This document shows, piece after piece, positions 8,457-16,637 of a stretch of 28,266 nt of DNA. Positions within the stretch are counted from its first letter, which is position 1. Each line of letters starts with the position of its first letter. Made by a program: the position numbers and the translations under genes. The DNA lies in contig JBKCUU010000128.1 in NCBI GenBank assembly GCA_046318155.1, positions 1 through 28,266 of the forward strand, given 5' to 3'. Under the pieces are notes generated by a model. The model saw nothing but the letters and a program-made list of their open reading frames with translations. It was not told where the DNA came from and did no database searches. This DNA is from Bdellovibrio sp. (GTDB lineage Bacteria > Bdellovibrionota > Bdellovibrionia > Bdellovibrionales > Bdellovibrionaceae).

Positions 8457-9674
8457 ATGCTAAAAGCTCTTAAAACCAACCGTCCTGTCACACCCGAAAA
8501 TTTCAACAAAGCTCGCGCCGGTCTCGAAAAATTTTTAAGCCGCAAAGACATTGGATTTACAGATTTGCCCTTGCGCGATACTTTGTGGACTGAGTCCGCG
8601 AGGCTGGGCCGAGCATTGTCGGCCAAGGCTTCAGACATTGTGCTGATTGGGATTGGTGGTAGCAGTTTAGGGCCGCAGTTTTTGGCCGAACTCTCGGATT
8701 CAAAAATCGCTGTGCATTTTGCTGACAATGTCGATCCTTGGCAGTTCAAAAGAATCTGCTCACGCATTAAGGACTGGAGTCAGTGCCACTTCTTATTGAT
8801 CTCAAAAAGCGGCTCGACGCTTGAGACTTTGTTGACCGCGGATCTTTTCGATCTCGAGCTCAAGAAACAAGGTTTGTCGCTCGCGAAGCAGAGCCTCGTC
8901 ATTACTGAGCCTCGTGCCAACTCTTTACGCCAATGGGCCGATGCTCATGGCGTCGAGACTCTCGAGATTCCGATTGATGTCGGAGGTCGCTTTTCGATTC
9001 TGTCTCCTGTCGGAATGCTTTTGGCTTCGGCTCTTGGCTTTTCTCTTGATGGTGTTCGCGAAGGCGCCAAGCAAGCTTTGGCTGAACGGCAACTGGTGGC
9101 CCAAATCTCAGCACAGGCGCTTGATAGTTTTGACCGCGAGGAGTGGATTACTTTTATATGGAGCTACTCGTCTTCATTGCGTTACTTTGGTCTTTGGTTT
9201 CAGCAACTTTGGGCCGAGTCTTTGGCCAAAGCCGTTGACCGTCAGAACCGGCCAGCAGCACGAGTCAGCACGCCGATGGCCGCGATCGGAACTTGCGATC
9301 AGCACTCAGTTCTTCAGCAAGTGATGGAAGGCGCCAAGGACAAATGGGTCATTCAGATCCGCGTGCAGGAGTGCGAGGCCAAGGGACCTGAGCTGAAGCA
9401 AAGTCAGTTTTCGGCTCTGAACTGGCTCGGGCCCATTTCGTTGGGCCAAGTTTTAGCGGCCGAGGCTGAAGCAACGATCGAAGGGCTTAAAAACAATGGC
9501 GTTTCGGTTCAAACACTGGAGCTTCAGGACCTAGGGCCTAAGTCGATCGGTTACCTTTTGATGTTTTGCCAGCTTGTGGTGGCGTGCGTCGGTGAAACGA
9601 TCGATGTGAACACCTTTGATCAGCCCGGTGTTGAGCTGGGCAAAAGACTCGCCAAAGAAATTTTGCAAAACTGA
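8457..9674 (+). CDS. pgi: Glucose-6-phosphate isomerase
   Basis: IGIGGSSLG, ISKSGSTLET, VGGRFS, QLWAESLAK, DQHS and FDQPGVELGK motifs. Confidence 0.92.
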   Translation: MLKALKTNRPVTPENFNKARAGLEKFLSRKDIGFTDLPLRDTLWTESARLGRALSAKASDIVLIGIGGSSLGPQFLAELSDSKIAVHFADNVDPWQFKRICSRIKDWSQCHFLLISKSGSTLETLLTADLFDLELKKQGLSLAKQSLVITEPRANSLRQWADAHGVETLEIPIDVGGRFSILSPVGMLLASALGFSLDGVREGAKQALAERQLVAQISAQALDSFDREEWITFIWSYSSSLRYFGLWFQQLWAESLAKAVDRQNRPAARVSTPMAAIGTCDQHSVLQQVMEGAKDKWVIQIRVQECEAKGPELKQSQFSALNWLGPISLGQVLAAEAEATIEGLKNNGVSVQTLELQDLGPKSIGYLLMFCQLVVACVGETIDVNTFDQPGVELGKRLAKEILQN

Positions 9675-9711
9675 TTTGCTCGCCTCTGAAAGCCAGCTCA
9701 TAATCAACCAG

Positions 9712-10644
9712 ATGTCAGCAGAAGATGTTTCCGAAAAGACCAATATTGTCAGCAGTGATACGTTCAGTGGTCGCATGCAACAAGCCGATCAAGCGCCGCC
9801 GGCGCTTGTTGTCTTGATGGGGCCTGGCGGTTACGTCGGTAAACAGTTTGCGCTCGATAAAAACGAATACATTTTGGGCCGCTCGGCCGAGTGCTCGATT
9901 CAAATTGATGACAAATCCGTCAGTCGAAATCATGCCCGCGTTCAAGTGGCGGGGAGTGATGTGACGGTTTCGGACATGGGTTCTGCTAATAAGACCTTGG
10001 TCAACGGAGCCACGCTGAATCCAGGTTCGCCGTTTAAATTGAAAAATAATGATCAGATCAAAATCGGCAATGTGATTATCAAGTTTCTTGAAAGAGGCAA
10101 CATCGAGGCATTTACCAATCGCGAGCTGAACGAAAAAGCCACGCGTGATGCCTTGACGGGTGCTTACACAAAAGGGGCGCTCATCGAGCGTGGCCCCGAA
10201 GTGATGAAGCGTGCCGAAACGTTGGGTGAAGAACTGAGTTTGATTGTTTTTGACATCGATTTTTTCAAAAAAATTAATGATCAGTTTGGCCACTCGGCTG
10301 GCGACTACGTTCTCAAAGAATTGTCTCGCATTGTGAGCACCAAGCTGACCCGCTCAGAGGATTTCTTCGCTCGTTATGGCGGTGAAGAGTTTGTGATCAT
10401 TTTGATTAACAATTCGCTCAAGACCGCGATGGAAGTTTCGGAGCGGATCCGAACGACGATTCAAGGAACAAGCTTTACCTATGACAACCGAGTCATCCCA
10501 GTGACAATCTCAATCGGCGTCAGTTCAAGGCTCAAAGATGAAGTCTCGTGGGACGCCTTCTTTAAGCGCGCCGATGAAGCCTTGTACATGTCCAAACAAG
10601 GTGGCCGCAATCGAGTCACCATGTCCCCCAGCAACACGCTTTAA
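9712..10644 (+). CDS. dgcB: FHA-GGDEF diguanylate cyclase (DgcB-like)
   Basis: N-terminal tail EKTNIV; FHA motifs GR..., SVSRNHA, D.GS.N.T.VNG; GGEEF A-site with RSED I-site five residues upstream. The architecture and position next to pgi and an ECF sigma match Bdellovibrio DgcB as I recall it. Confidence 0.8.
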   Translation: MSAEDVSEKTNIVSSDTFSGRMQQADQAPPALVVLMGPGGYVGKQFALDKNEYILGRSAECSIQIDDKSVSRNHARVQVAGSDVTVSDMGSANKTLVNGATLNPGSPFKLKNNDQIKIGNVIIKFLERGNIEAFTNRELNEKATRDALTGAYTKGALIERGPEVMKRAETLGEELSLIVFDIDFFKKINDQFGHSAGDYVLKELSRIVSTKLTRSEDFFARYGGEEFVIILINNSLKTAMEVSERIRTTIQGTSFTYDNRVIPVTISIGVSSRLKDEVSWDAFFKRADEALYMSKQGGRNRVTMSPSNTL

Positions 10645-10726
10645 GGTGCCTGCTTCCCTTTGCAGAAGCATTGCGCCACGAAGTGTCGCAATGCTTCTGC
10701 AAAGGGAAGCAGGCACCTTAAAGCGT
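10636..10726. repeat. Perfect 40-bp inverted repeat (91-bp hairpin) spanning the dgcB / DUF2799 convergent junction
   Basis: 10636-10675 is the exact reverse complement of 10687-10726; the centre is CCAC-GAA-GTGT. Confidence 0.95.
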
Positions 10727-11527
10727 TCCGGCTTCGATGCGCATGTCGGAGATTTCTTTTTCTAGTTTTGCGGCCTCATGGCGCTCGTTGTTGATTTGAG
10801 CGTCGAGGTCATTCAAGCGGTTGTTGATCGACGAGAGTTGTGAATCGACGTTTGAAATTTGACCATCGTAAAGCGAGGCCTGTTGTTGACCGTGGGGTGT
10901 GCCGTTTGCGAGCTGCAAAGACTTGTACGAATCCAGGCGGTTTTTCTCGCGCTCAAGTTGGTCCCGTTGGAGATTTAGTGACCATCTGTCGGAATCGAGA
11001 GTGCGTGCTCTGGTTGCGTGAGATTGAACGCGCCTTTCTTTTTCGGTGATGCTGACCTCAAGAAATTTGAGCCGTCCCTTGCGAAAAGGCGGCATAAATT
11101 TTTTCTCGAGGTGATCTGGGCAGACCCCCAAATACGGGAGACCCGAAAGGCCTGCCTCGTGCGCGTTGTCTTGTTTGCAGTACTCGAGCGTGGCGAGCAA
11201 GTGCTGAGACAGCAAAAGCTTGAGCTCGGGGCCCTCGCACAGGTCTTTGGCAAACAAACGACCCTTGCGTCCCATGCTGAAGGCATTTTCTTTTGAGCAG
11301 TACTTTTCGCGGCCGGCTTTAAATCCCAAATCCAGTTGGCTGGCACTGATGTCCGCTTCGACCTTTCGGCATTCGTTGAGATAAGTATCGGCTTCGAGCC
11401 ACTGACCACGTTCGGCCACGCTTTGGCCGTATTCGAACCAATTGGTTTTTTCGCAGTCCTTGCGTTTGAAGTAACTGGTGCAGCTCGTGGTCGCCAGTAG
11501 AACAAAGCTTAGAAAGAAAAATTTCAT
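10718..11527 (-). CDS. DUF2799-like lipoprotein with C-terminal coiled coil
   Basis: Lipobox-like ATTSC; C..NW..YG...A..G and G...G...YC....F..G..G Cys-rich modules (repeated); coiled-coil tail. Confidence 0.75.
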   Translation of the reverse strand: MKFFFLSFVLLATTSCTSYFKRKDCEKTNWFEYGQSVAERGQWLEADTYLNECRKVEADISASQLDLGFKAGREKYCSKENAFSMGRKGRLFAKDLCEGPELKLLLSQHLLATLEYCKQDNAHEAGLSGLPYLGVCPDHLEKKFMPPFRKGRLKFLEVSITEKERRVQSHATRARTLDSDRWSLNLQRDQLEREKNRLDSYKSLQLANGTPHGQQQASLYDGQISNVDSQLSSINNRLNDLDAQINNERHEAAKLEKEISDMRIEAGTL

Positions 11528-11623
11528 CCTTCTAATATAGGGAAGCGCGGGGCAATTGCTAGCGCCGCCGCGCCAAGGCGCTGGCACGATAAGCAAACCT
11601 TATCGGTTAAATAAATTAAATAA

Positions 11624-11636
11624 TATCAATGACTTA
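11624..11636 (+). promoter_or_regulatory. Putative IHF binding site
   Basis: TATCAATGACTTA is a perfect WATCAANNNNTTR match with an upstream A/T tract (AAATAAATTAAATAA). Confidence 0.65.
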
Positions 11637-11657
11637 GACAAAGTGATACCAAAACTT

Positions 11658-11673
11658 TGGCCTGGGGTTTGCT
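11658..11673 (+). promoter_or_regulatory. Putative sigma54 (-24/-12) promoter for the ECF sigma gene
   Basis: TGGCCT-GGGGT-TTGCT: exact GG-N10-GC spacing, just downstream of the IHF site. Confidence 0.6.
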
Positions 11674-11788
11674 CGCTAGTTAAGCAGGGGGACTCATTGA
11701 CGAGTCGCAAGCACTTGGGCTGCTTTGGAGCCTGGGCACCCTGAAAAAATGTGAGGACGTTAACCTTTTTTCGACAGGGGCGGGTCAA

Positions 11789-12439
11789 ATGGCTGAAAGA
11801 AGACAGATCCTACAAAACGATCTGGGGTTCAATGCGGAAGGCGATCTTGAAATTGTCGACCGAGTACGAGCGGGAGATCGAAGCGCTTTTTCAGTTTTAG
11901 TCCGGAGGCATCAAAAAGGACTGATGCGATTATCGATGCGCTTCATGAAAGATTCAGACGCAGCGGAGGACGTCGTGCAGGAGAGCTTCATCAAGGCGTT
12001 TGAAAGATTAAGTTCCTTTGAAGGACGCGCGAGCTTCAAAAGCTGGCTCTATCAAATCGCGGTGAACACCGCCAAGAATCGACTGCGTGACCGCCGTGGT
12101 GGTGGAATCAATATTGATGACGTCCCTTTGGCCGTTGATGCCCGCGCCGAATCTTCGCTCGTGCACAACTCTGTCGCTGGAATCATTCAAAAATACGTGG
12201 ACGAATTGCCTTTGAAGCAAAAGACCGCCCTGGTCTTGCGCATCTATGAAGATTTAAGCTTTAAAGAAATTGCCGAGATCATGGAGTGTCCCTACGACAC
12301 GGCAAAAGCAAACTATAGACATGCCTTGATGAAGCTCAAAGATGAGCTTTCTAATCAACCCGATCTTCGCCACTGGACGGAAGAGACCGGGGGGTTTTTC
12401 ATGGAAATGCACCGAAAGGTGGCGGAGGCCGAATCATGA
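11789..12439 (+). CDS. ECF-family RNA polymerase sigma-70 factor (RpoE-like)
   Basis: GD..AF..LV.RHQ, AEDVVQESF, FKSWLYQIAVN, LP...ALVL..YEDLSFKEIAEIM (regions 2 and 4). Confidence 0.92.
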   Translation: MAERRQILQNDLGFNAEGDLEIVDRVRAGDRSAFSVLVRRHQKGLMRLSMRFMKDSDAAEDVVQESFIKAFERLSSFEGRASFKSWLYQIAVNTAKNRLRDRRGGGINIDDVPLAVDARAESSLVHNSVAGIIQKYVDELPLKQKTALVLRIYEDLSFKEIAEIMECPYDTAKANYRHALMKLKDELSNQPDLRHWTEETGGFFMEMHRKVAEAES

Positions 12440-12777
12440 AGCGCGAAGACAAACCAGGTGCGCCAGCACCAAAACCACGACCAAAAACAGGACCGAGTAC
12501 CAGCAAACAGCTGAACGAATTGTTGGACCCAAACAAGGGTACGGCAGAAAAACTACGCGAGCTCGATACACTTGATGTGGAGTTTGGCGAAGATTTTTAT
12601 AAGAGAATGCACGACCGGATCATGGCTCGTATTGTAAAGACGTCGGTGGAGTCTCCAAAGTCGCAACCGCTCACACCGGTTCGGCGCAAAGCGGGGAGCC
12701 AAGAGCTGACAAGTTATCTTGTGAGCCCTGGGCTCACCAATGACGGTGTGAGCCGCGGGCTCACGGTGATCCGCTAA
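12436..12777 (+). CDS. Small hypothetical protein translationally coupled to the ECF sigma (possible anti-sigma-like partner)
   Basis: ATGA overlap with the sigma stop; EDFYKRMHDRIMARI helix resembles anti-sigma-domain segments; no TM helix. Confidence 0.6.
   Translation: MKREDKPGAPAPKPRPKTGPSTSKQLNELLDPNKGTAEKLRELDTLDVEFGEDFYKRMHDRIMARIVKTSVESPKSQPLTPVRRKAGSQELTSYLVSPGLTNDGVSRGLTVIR
12721..12764. repeat. Two tandem palindromes GTGAGCC-NNN-GGCTCAC (27-bp period) inside the 3' end of a CDS
   Basis: 12721-12737 and 12748-12764; they encode VSPGLT and VSRGLT. Confidence 0.75.
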
Positions 12778-13793
12778 AGTTCTGAGATTGCCTTTTCTGG
12801 TTCGGGATGTTTCTCGAGAAGTTTCACCTTTTCGAGAAACGTCCTGAAATCTTGGCCCGTCTTTTGGGCCAATCCTTCAAATTTTGAAAGATCTTGCAGA
12901 TAGGTTTTGTAAACGAGCAATCTCGCATTGCTTAGTTTTAAACTCTTAAAGTTATCATAGGATTTGGTCTTCAGCCGGGGCGTCACCTCAGTGTCAAAGC
13001 GGCTCTGAATTTCTTTGAAGCGAGCCTGTCTGAGTTCTTCGTTTTGCTCGGGTTTGGATTCGTACCATATTTCAAGCAGGGCCAGCTCCTTCGTTATAAA
13101 CTCCGCAAAAATTTTTTCGTCGATGTTCTCTTGCTTGATCAGTGAAAGAGTCTGGGAGTCTTGTCCTTCGCGCTCCCGATAAAAAAGTTCGGTTCCCCAG
13201 TTTCCAAGAAACACGGCTAAGCGTTCATTAAAGTCGGCGTTGCTTTTGATAAAGAGCGTGGCGTGGACCGTCTCATGAATCAGCGTATTGACGAGATCGG
13301 GCTCTTTATACCTGAGCATCGATGACAAAAGCGGATCGCGAAACCAACCCAGTGTACTAAACGCCGAAACCCCGCGCAGGTAGGTGTCGAGCCCCTGGTC
13401 CTGAAGAGACTTTTCTTCGGACTTGGCATCGTCCTCGATAAAAAATCCTTTGTAGGGAACTTTGCCGACAAACGGAAAACTCCAAATGTGATGTTTGAGG
13501 TCCCATTTGGGCGCTGCACTCACCACATAGGTCACGTAAGGTTGCTTCAGACGCACGTAGCTGGAGTAATTGCCATTCGAGTTGAGGCCCAATTCTTTCT
13601 CAGCAAAAATCATCACCTCTTGTGAAAGCCGCAGCTTCGCTTTTTCGTCCTCAGTCAGAGCGGGGTCTTGCAGGGCTTTTTCGATCGGCACACGGTCGTT
13701 CAGCAAACCAACTTGGTGGTAGGCCGATTTCACGTAATAGCAGCCCGTTTGTGCGAGCGTGAGCAAAACAAGAATCGATTTTAGAAGATCCAC
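12774..13793 (-). CDS. Putative zinc aminopeptidase lipoprotein (Aminopep/DUF2265 family)
   Basis: Lipobox QTGC; W.FP..G.VPYKGFF, AFSTLGWF.DPLLS, HETVH...FNE motifs. Confidence 0.85.
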   Translation of the reverse strand: MDLLKSILVLLTLAQTGCYYVKSAYHQVGLLNDRVPIEKALQDPALTEDEKAKLRLSQEVMIFAEKELGLNSNGNYSSYVRLKQPYVTYVVSAAPKWDLKHHIWSFPFVGKVPYKGFFIEDDAKSEEKSLQDQGLDTYLRGVSAFSTLGWFRDPLLSSMLRYKEPDLVNTLIHETVHATLFIKSNADFNERLAVFLGNWGTELFYREREGQDSQTLSLIKQENIDEKIFAEFITKELALLEIWYESKPEQNEELRQARFKEIQSRFDTEVTPRLKTKSYDNFKSLKLSNARLLVYKTYLQDLSKFEGLAQKTGQDFRTFLEKVKLLEKHPEPEKAISEL

Positions 13794-14359
13794 GACACGC
13801 CAACTCGGCCAGTGATGTCATCGACGGCGGTTGAATCATCGATCGGCGTGCGAACGGCGTCGTAGCTGGCTTTGATCGCGAAAGACTCAGACAACAAAAA
13901 CTTCATTCCGAATCCGTAAGAGGGCGCGAAGCCAGGTTTTGGTTCCATCTGAAATGGAACATCGTTGTCGATCTGGACAACTTGTTTTTTCTTAATATAG
14001 GCTGCGCCGCCTTTGATGTAAGGCTGAAAGGTCGCTTTCTTATCAGCAAAAACATAGATCAAATTGGCCTCGTAAATATCAGAATACTGAGTCGTCGTGC
14101 GCTGAGCTGTCGAGGATGTGAGGCTCGTTTCTTTTTCTTTTTTGACGTAGAGGCCGTTGGTGTAACTGAGCTCGATCGCGATTTGCTCCCAGGCGTAAAA
14201 CGCCATGGATCCCGTCGTGCTTTGATTCTCGACTTTGTCCAGTTCACTGAAGGTGCGCTTCATGTAGTTGTAGGAAAGGCCAACCTCTACAAAAAGAGCC
14301 TGTGCATAACAGGTAAAGCTCAAAATGAGTAAAGGCAGGAGTAAGCGAAGTTGGCGCAT
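13781..14359 (-). CDS. Small outer-membrane beta-barrel protein (OmpA/OmpW-like 8-stranded)
   Basis: Signal peptide, FQPYIKGGAAY, amphipathic strands, C-terminal GVSWIF aromatic motif. Confidence 0.8.
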   Translation of the reverse strand: MRQLRLLLPLLILSFTCYAQALFVEVGLSYNYMKRTFSELDKVENQSTTGSMAFYAWEQIAIELSYTNGLYVKKEKETSLTSSTAQRTTTQYSDIYEANLIYVFADKKATFQPYIKGGAAYIKKKQVVQIDNDVPFQMEPKPGFAPSYGFGMKFLLSESFAIKASYDAVRTPIDDSTAVDDITGRVGVSWIF

Positions 14360-14653
14360 GACTCTTAGATTAACAAATGCAATGCGATGTGGGGTGTCCA
14401 GGAGATGTCGGGTCCAGGATCAAGTTCTTGCAATTCGTTAGTAACGCGACAAAAGCAAAGTGAGCTAGGCGGATGTCAAGGCTAGTCCCTAATGCCCGCT
14501 GACCGAAGGCCTCCTCGTTCAAAAGTTCGGGCGCCTTGGGCCCTGGCGGCCGTAAATTGTCATCGCCGTTGAAAAGATCAACCCAAAGCCCTCGGTGGAC
14601 GGTTCGCCAAATCGTCTCGGGTGTGGCTTTGTTTTTGGATACTGATGATCTCC

Positions 14654-15340
14654 ATGAAATCAATCTTAGCCGCTTTCGTTACTTTGTCTCTGCTTGCAGC
14701 CGAAGTCTCTTTCGCCGACGAGATGCGGGAACTCAATGGGCGGTTGGTCCTGATTGCAACCTTTCGCAAGACGAGCGCAGAAAGCGCGTCTTGCCTCGTC
14801 CGTCCAAGTTATCCGGCCTCGGTGCTCGAGCGGTACGACGTCAAAATGGTCGGCTCAGCCGACGGCGAACAAACTGTTCCCCTCGTCGCGGCAATTCTGC
14901 GAGAGACCGAGCGGCTTCACGGCAAATTGTTCGCGCCATTTCACCGCATGGCCGTCGATGTCAACGCGAACTATCGGATCTTGGGTCAACAAGTTTACGA
15001 TGCACAACTTCGTCGCGCAAAAGTGATCATCAAGGAAAGCTCGAATCTTGCACTGGTCGCGCACGAGATGGGTCACATCATTGGAAACTCACAGCAAGAT
15101 GGCCGACGCTGGTATTCGGCCTACAACGCCGCCGTCTCGACGCCTTGTCACCACACTTGGTATTCGAGTTCGGGTTGGAATCGGGGTCGCCGCAATGAAG
15201 AGTTTGCTGAAGTCTTCGCCGCCTATATCACGCATCCAAATCTTTTGCGAGGTGGCTCGGCGAGCTGCCGGCAGGCCTATGAATTTATGCGAACGAGAAT
15301 CTTCCCCAACGCGGACCCTGCCTGCTTGGCGAGCCGCTAA
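14654..15340 (+). CDS. Secreted HEXXH zinc metallopeptidase (gluzincin, ATLF/PPEP-like motif layout)
   Basis: Signal peptide (..SFA-D), AHEMGH, then Y-S...NEEFAEVFAAY...LL...YEFM. Confidence 0.7.
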   Translation: MKSILAAFVTLSLLAAEVSFADEMRELNGRLVLIATFRKTSAESASCLVRPSYPASVLERYDVKMVGSADGEQTVPLVAAILRETERLHGKLFAPFHRMAVDVNANYRILGQQVYDAQLRRAKVIIKESSNLALVAHEMGHIIGNSQQDGRRWYSAYNAAVSTPCHHTWYSSSGWNRGRRNEEFAEVFAAYITHPNLLRGGSASCRQAYEFMRTRIFPNADPACLASR

Positions 15341-15522
15341 ATCCGCACGATCAAATTGATTTCAAGCAATTAATATTTAATGCTTATCGATTATGGAAAT
15401 CCTTTAGGTAAGTTTAATCGCCCGACGAATTAATTAGAGCAAACATAAGCTCGATACCATTCAGTCGTCAGTTGTAAAAGGTGAGCCAATGGTCTGACTG
15501 ATTTTCTGACAGGTATCCGTAA

Positions 15523-15616
15523 TTATTGACTAACGCATAAATAAAGGCGCATTGGCCTTGTCCTCGCGGGCTACAAAATGACGTACTCGAAAAAGCTCCT
15601 CGACGTGGCTTTAGCC
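15523..15616 (+). mobile_element. Left half of the ERIC/MITE-like element (truncated at hairpin apex)
   Basis: 15525-15616 matches 3330-3421 with 3 substitutions in 92 bp; similarity ends just after CGTGGCTTTAGCC. Confidence 0.85.
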
Positions 15617-15638
15617 TAGCAAAACTCCCGGCCGGTCA

Positions 15639-16553
15639 TCAAAGTGACGTATTTTTTTCTTGAAGTTTGAATTGGAAGACGGTGCGCAACTCCGACTCTA
15701 TGAAGTTTCGCACTTGCACTTTTTCCGGATGGCCGAAACGCTCTTTTGAATACACGAGATAGGCTTTACCAATGGAAAACTCAATATCCTTTGAAGCTTG
15801 AACTATCCTGCCTGCTTTCAAGTCCTCTTGAATAATGGCAAGGGGTAGGAGGGCTTCAAAACCATGATTCAGAACCAGATCGCGGATCAAACCAATGCTA
15901 TTTGTATAGGTGACTTCTGATTGCTCAAGTAATTGCCGCATTTTCGGGTGACGTGAATAGATCTCTTCTGCGGAAAATGAACTTCCTCGAAATAGGACAA
16001 GCCTTGACTTTGTTTTCACTCTCTTGGGTTTCGACCTATTAGCATTGACAAACAAACCCACCATGATTGGCCCGAGCTCTTTACCAACTAACCGATCATC
16101 TCTGATGTTAAGCATACGAATGGAAAAATCGAGGGCAAAATCAAAAACATCTTCATTCTCATCATTAAGGGAATACTCAATTTCAAACCGATCTCGATTC
16201 AGTAGTTTTCTCTCGACGATTGGAGCAAGAACTAGGCTTCCAATGTCATTGGTGGCGCCCATTTTGATTTTAATTTTTTTGAGTCCTACGTCATCTAGTG
16301 AATTCGCTGATTCATCTATAAGGCTCATCGCCGAAGCACAGGCTTCATAAAATGGAAGCGCGGATTTGATCAAGGTTGTCTTTCTTGTGCCGCGACGAAA
16401 AAGTATCGTCTGCAAATCAGTTTCAAGTTCGCGAACCTTTCGACTTACAAAGGATTTTGGTTGTTGCAGATTTTTTGCTGCAACAGAGAAATTCTCAGAC
16501 TTGGCAACAGCAAGGAAACATCGAACACTATTTAAATCGCTAATTCGTCCCAT
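15639..16553 (-). CDS. LysR-family transcriptional regulator
   Basis: FLAVAKSENFSVAA..L...KS.VSRKVRELE..L...LF.R.TR N-terminal HTH; 304 aa; divergent from its presumed targets. Confidence 0.9.
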   Translation of the reverse strand: MGRISDLNSVRCFLAVAKSENFSVAAKNLQQPKSFVSRKVRELETDLQTILFRRGTRKTTLIKSALPFYEACASAMSLIDESANSLDDVGLKKIKIKMGATNDIGSLVLAPIVERKLLNRDRFEIEYSLNDENEDVFDFALDFSIRMLNIRDDRLVGKELGPIMVGLFVNANRSKPKRVKTKSRLVLFRGSSFSAEEIYSRHPKMRQLLEQSEVTYTNSIGLIRDLVLNHGFEALLPLAIIQEDLKAGRIVQASKDIEFSIGKAYLVYSKERFGHPEKVQVRNFIESELRTVFQFKLQEKNTSL

Positions 16554-16576
16554 ATATAGGACATAATGTCCTATAT
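16554..16576. promoter_or_regulatory. Perfect palindromic operator candidate abutting the lysR start codon
   Basis: ATATAGGACAT-A-ATGTCCTATAT (11-bp arms, 1-bp spacer). Confidence 0.65.
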
Positions 16577-16637
16577 GACCTATCTTATCAAGGTCATCTT
16601 TTTGCCGGATACTGCTAGCGCATGCTTGGAGGTGAAC

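Noticed and set aside
11581..11596. CTGGCACGATAAGC as a sigma54 site
   Set aside because: GG to GC spacing is 8, not 10; the site at 11658-11673 fits better.
14536..15198. 220-aa alternative-frame ORF and other antisense or shadow ORFs in the track
   Set aside because: They overlap well-supported CDS and have Arg/Ser-rich off-frame composition.
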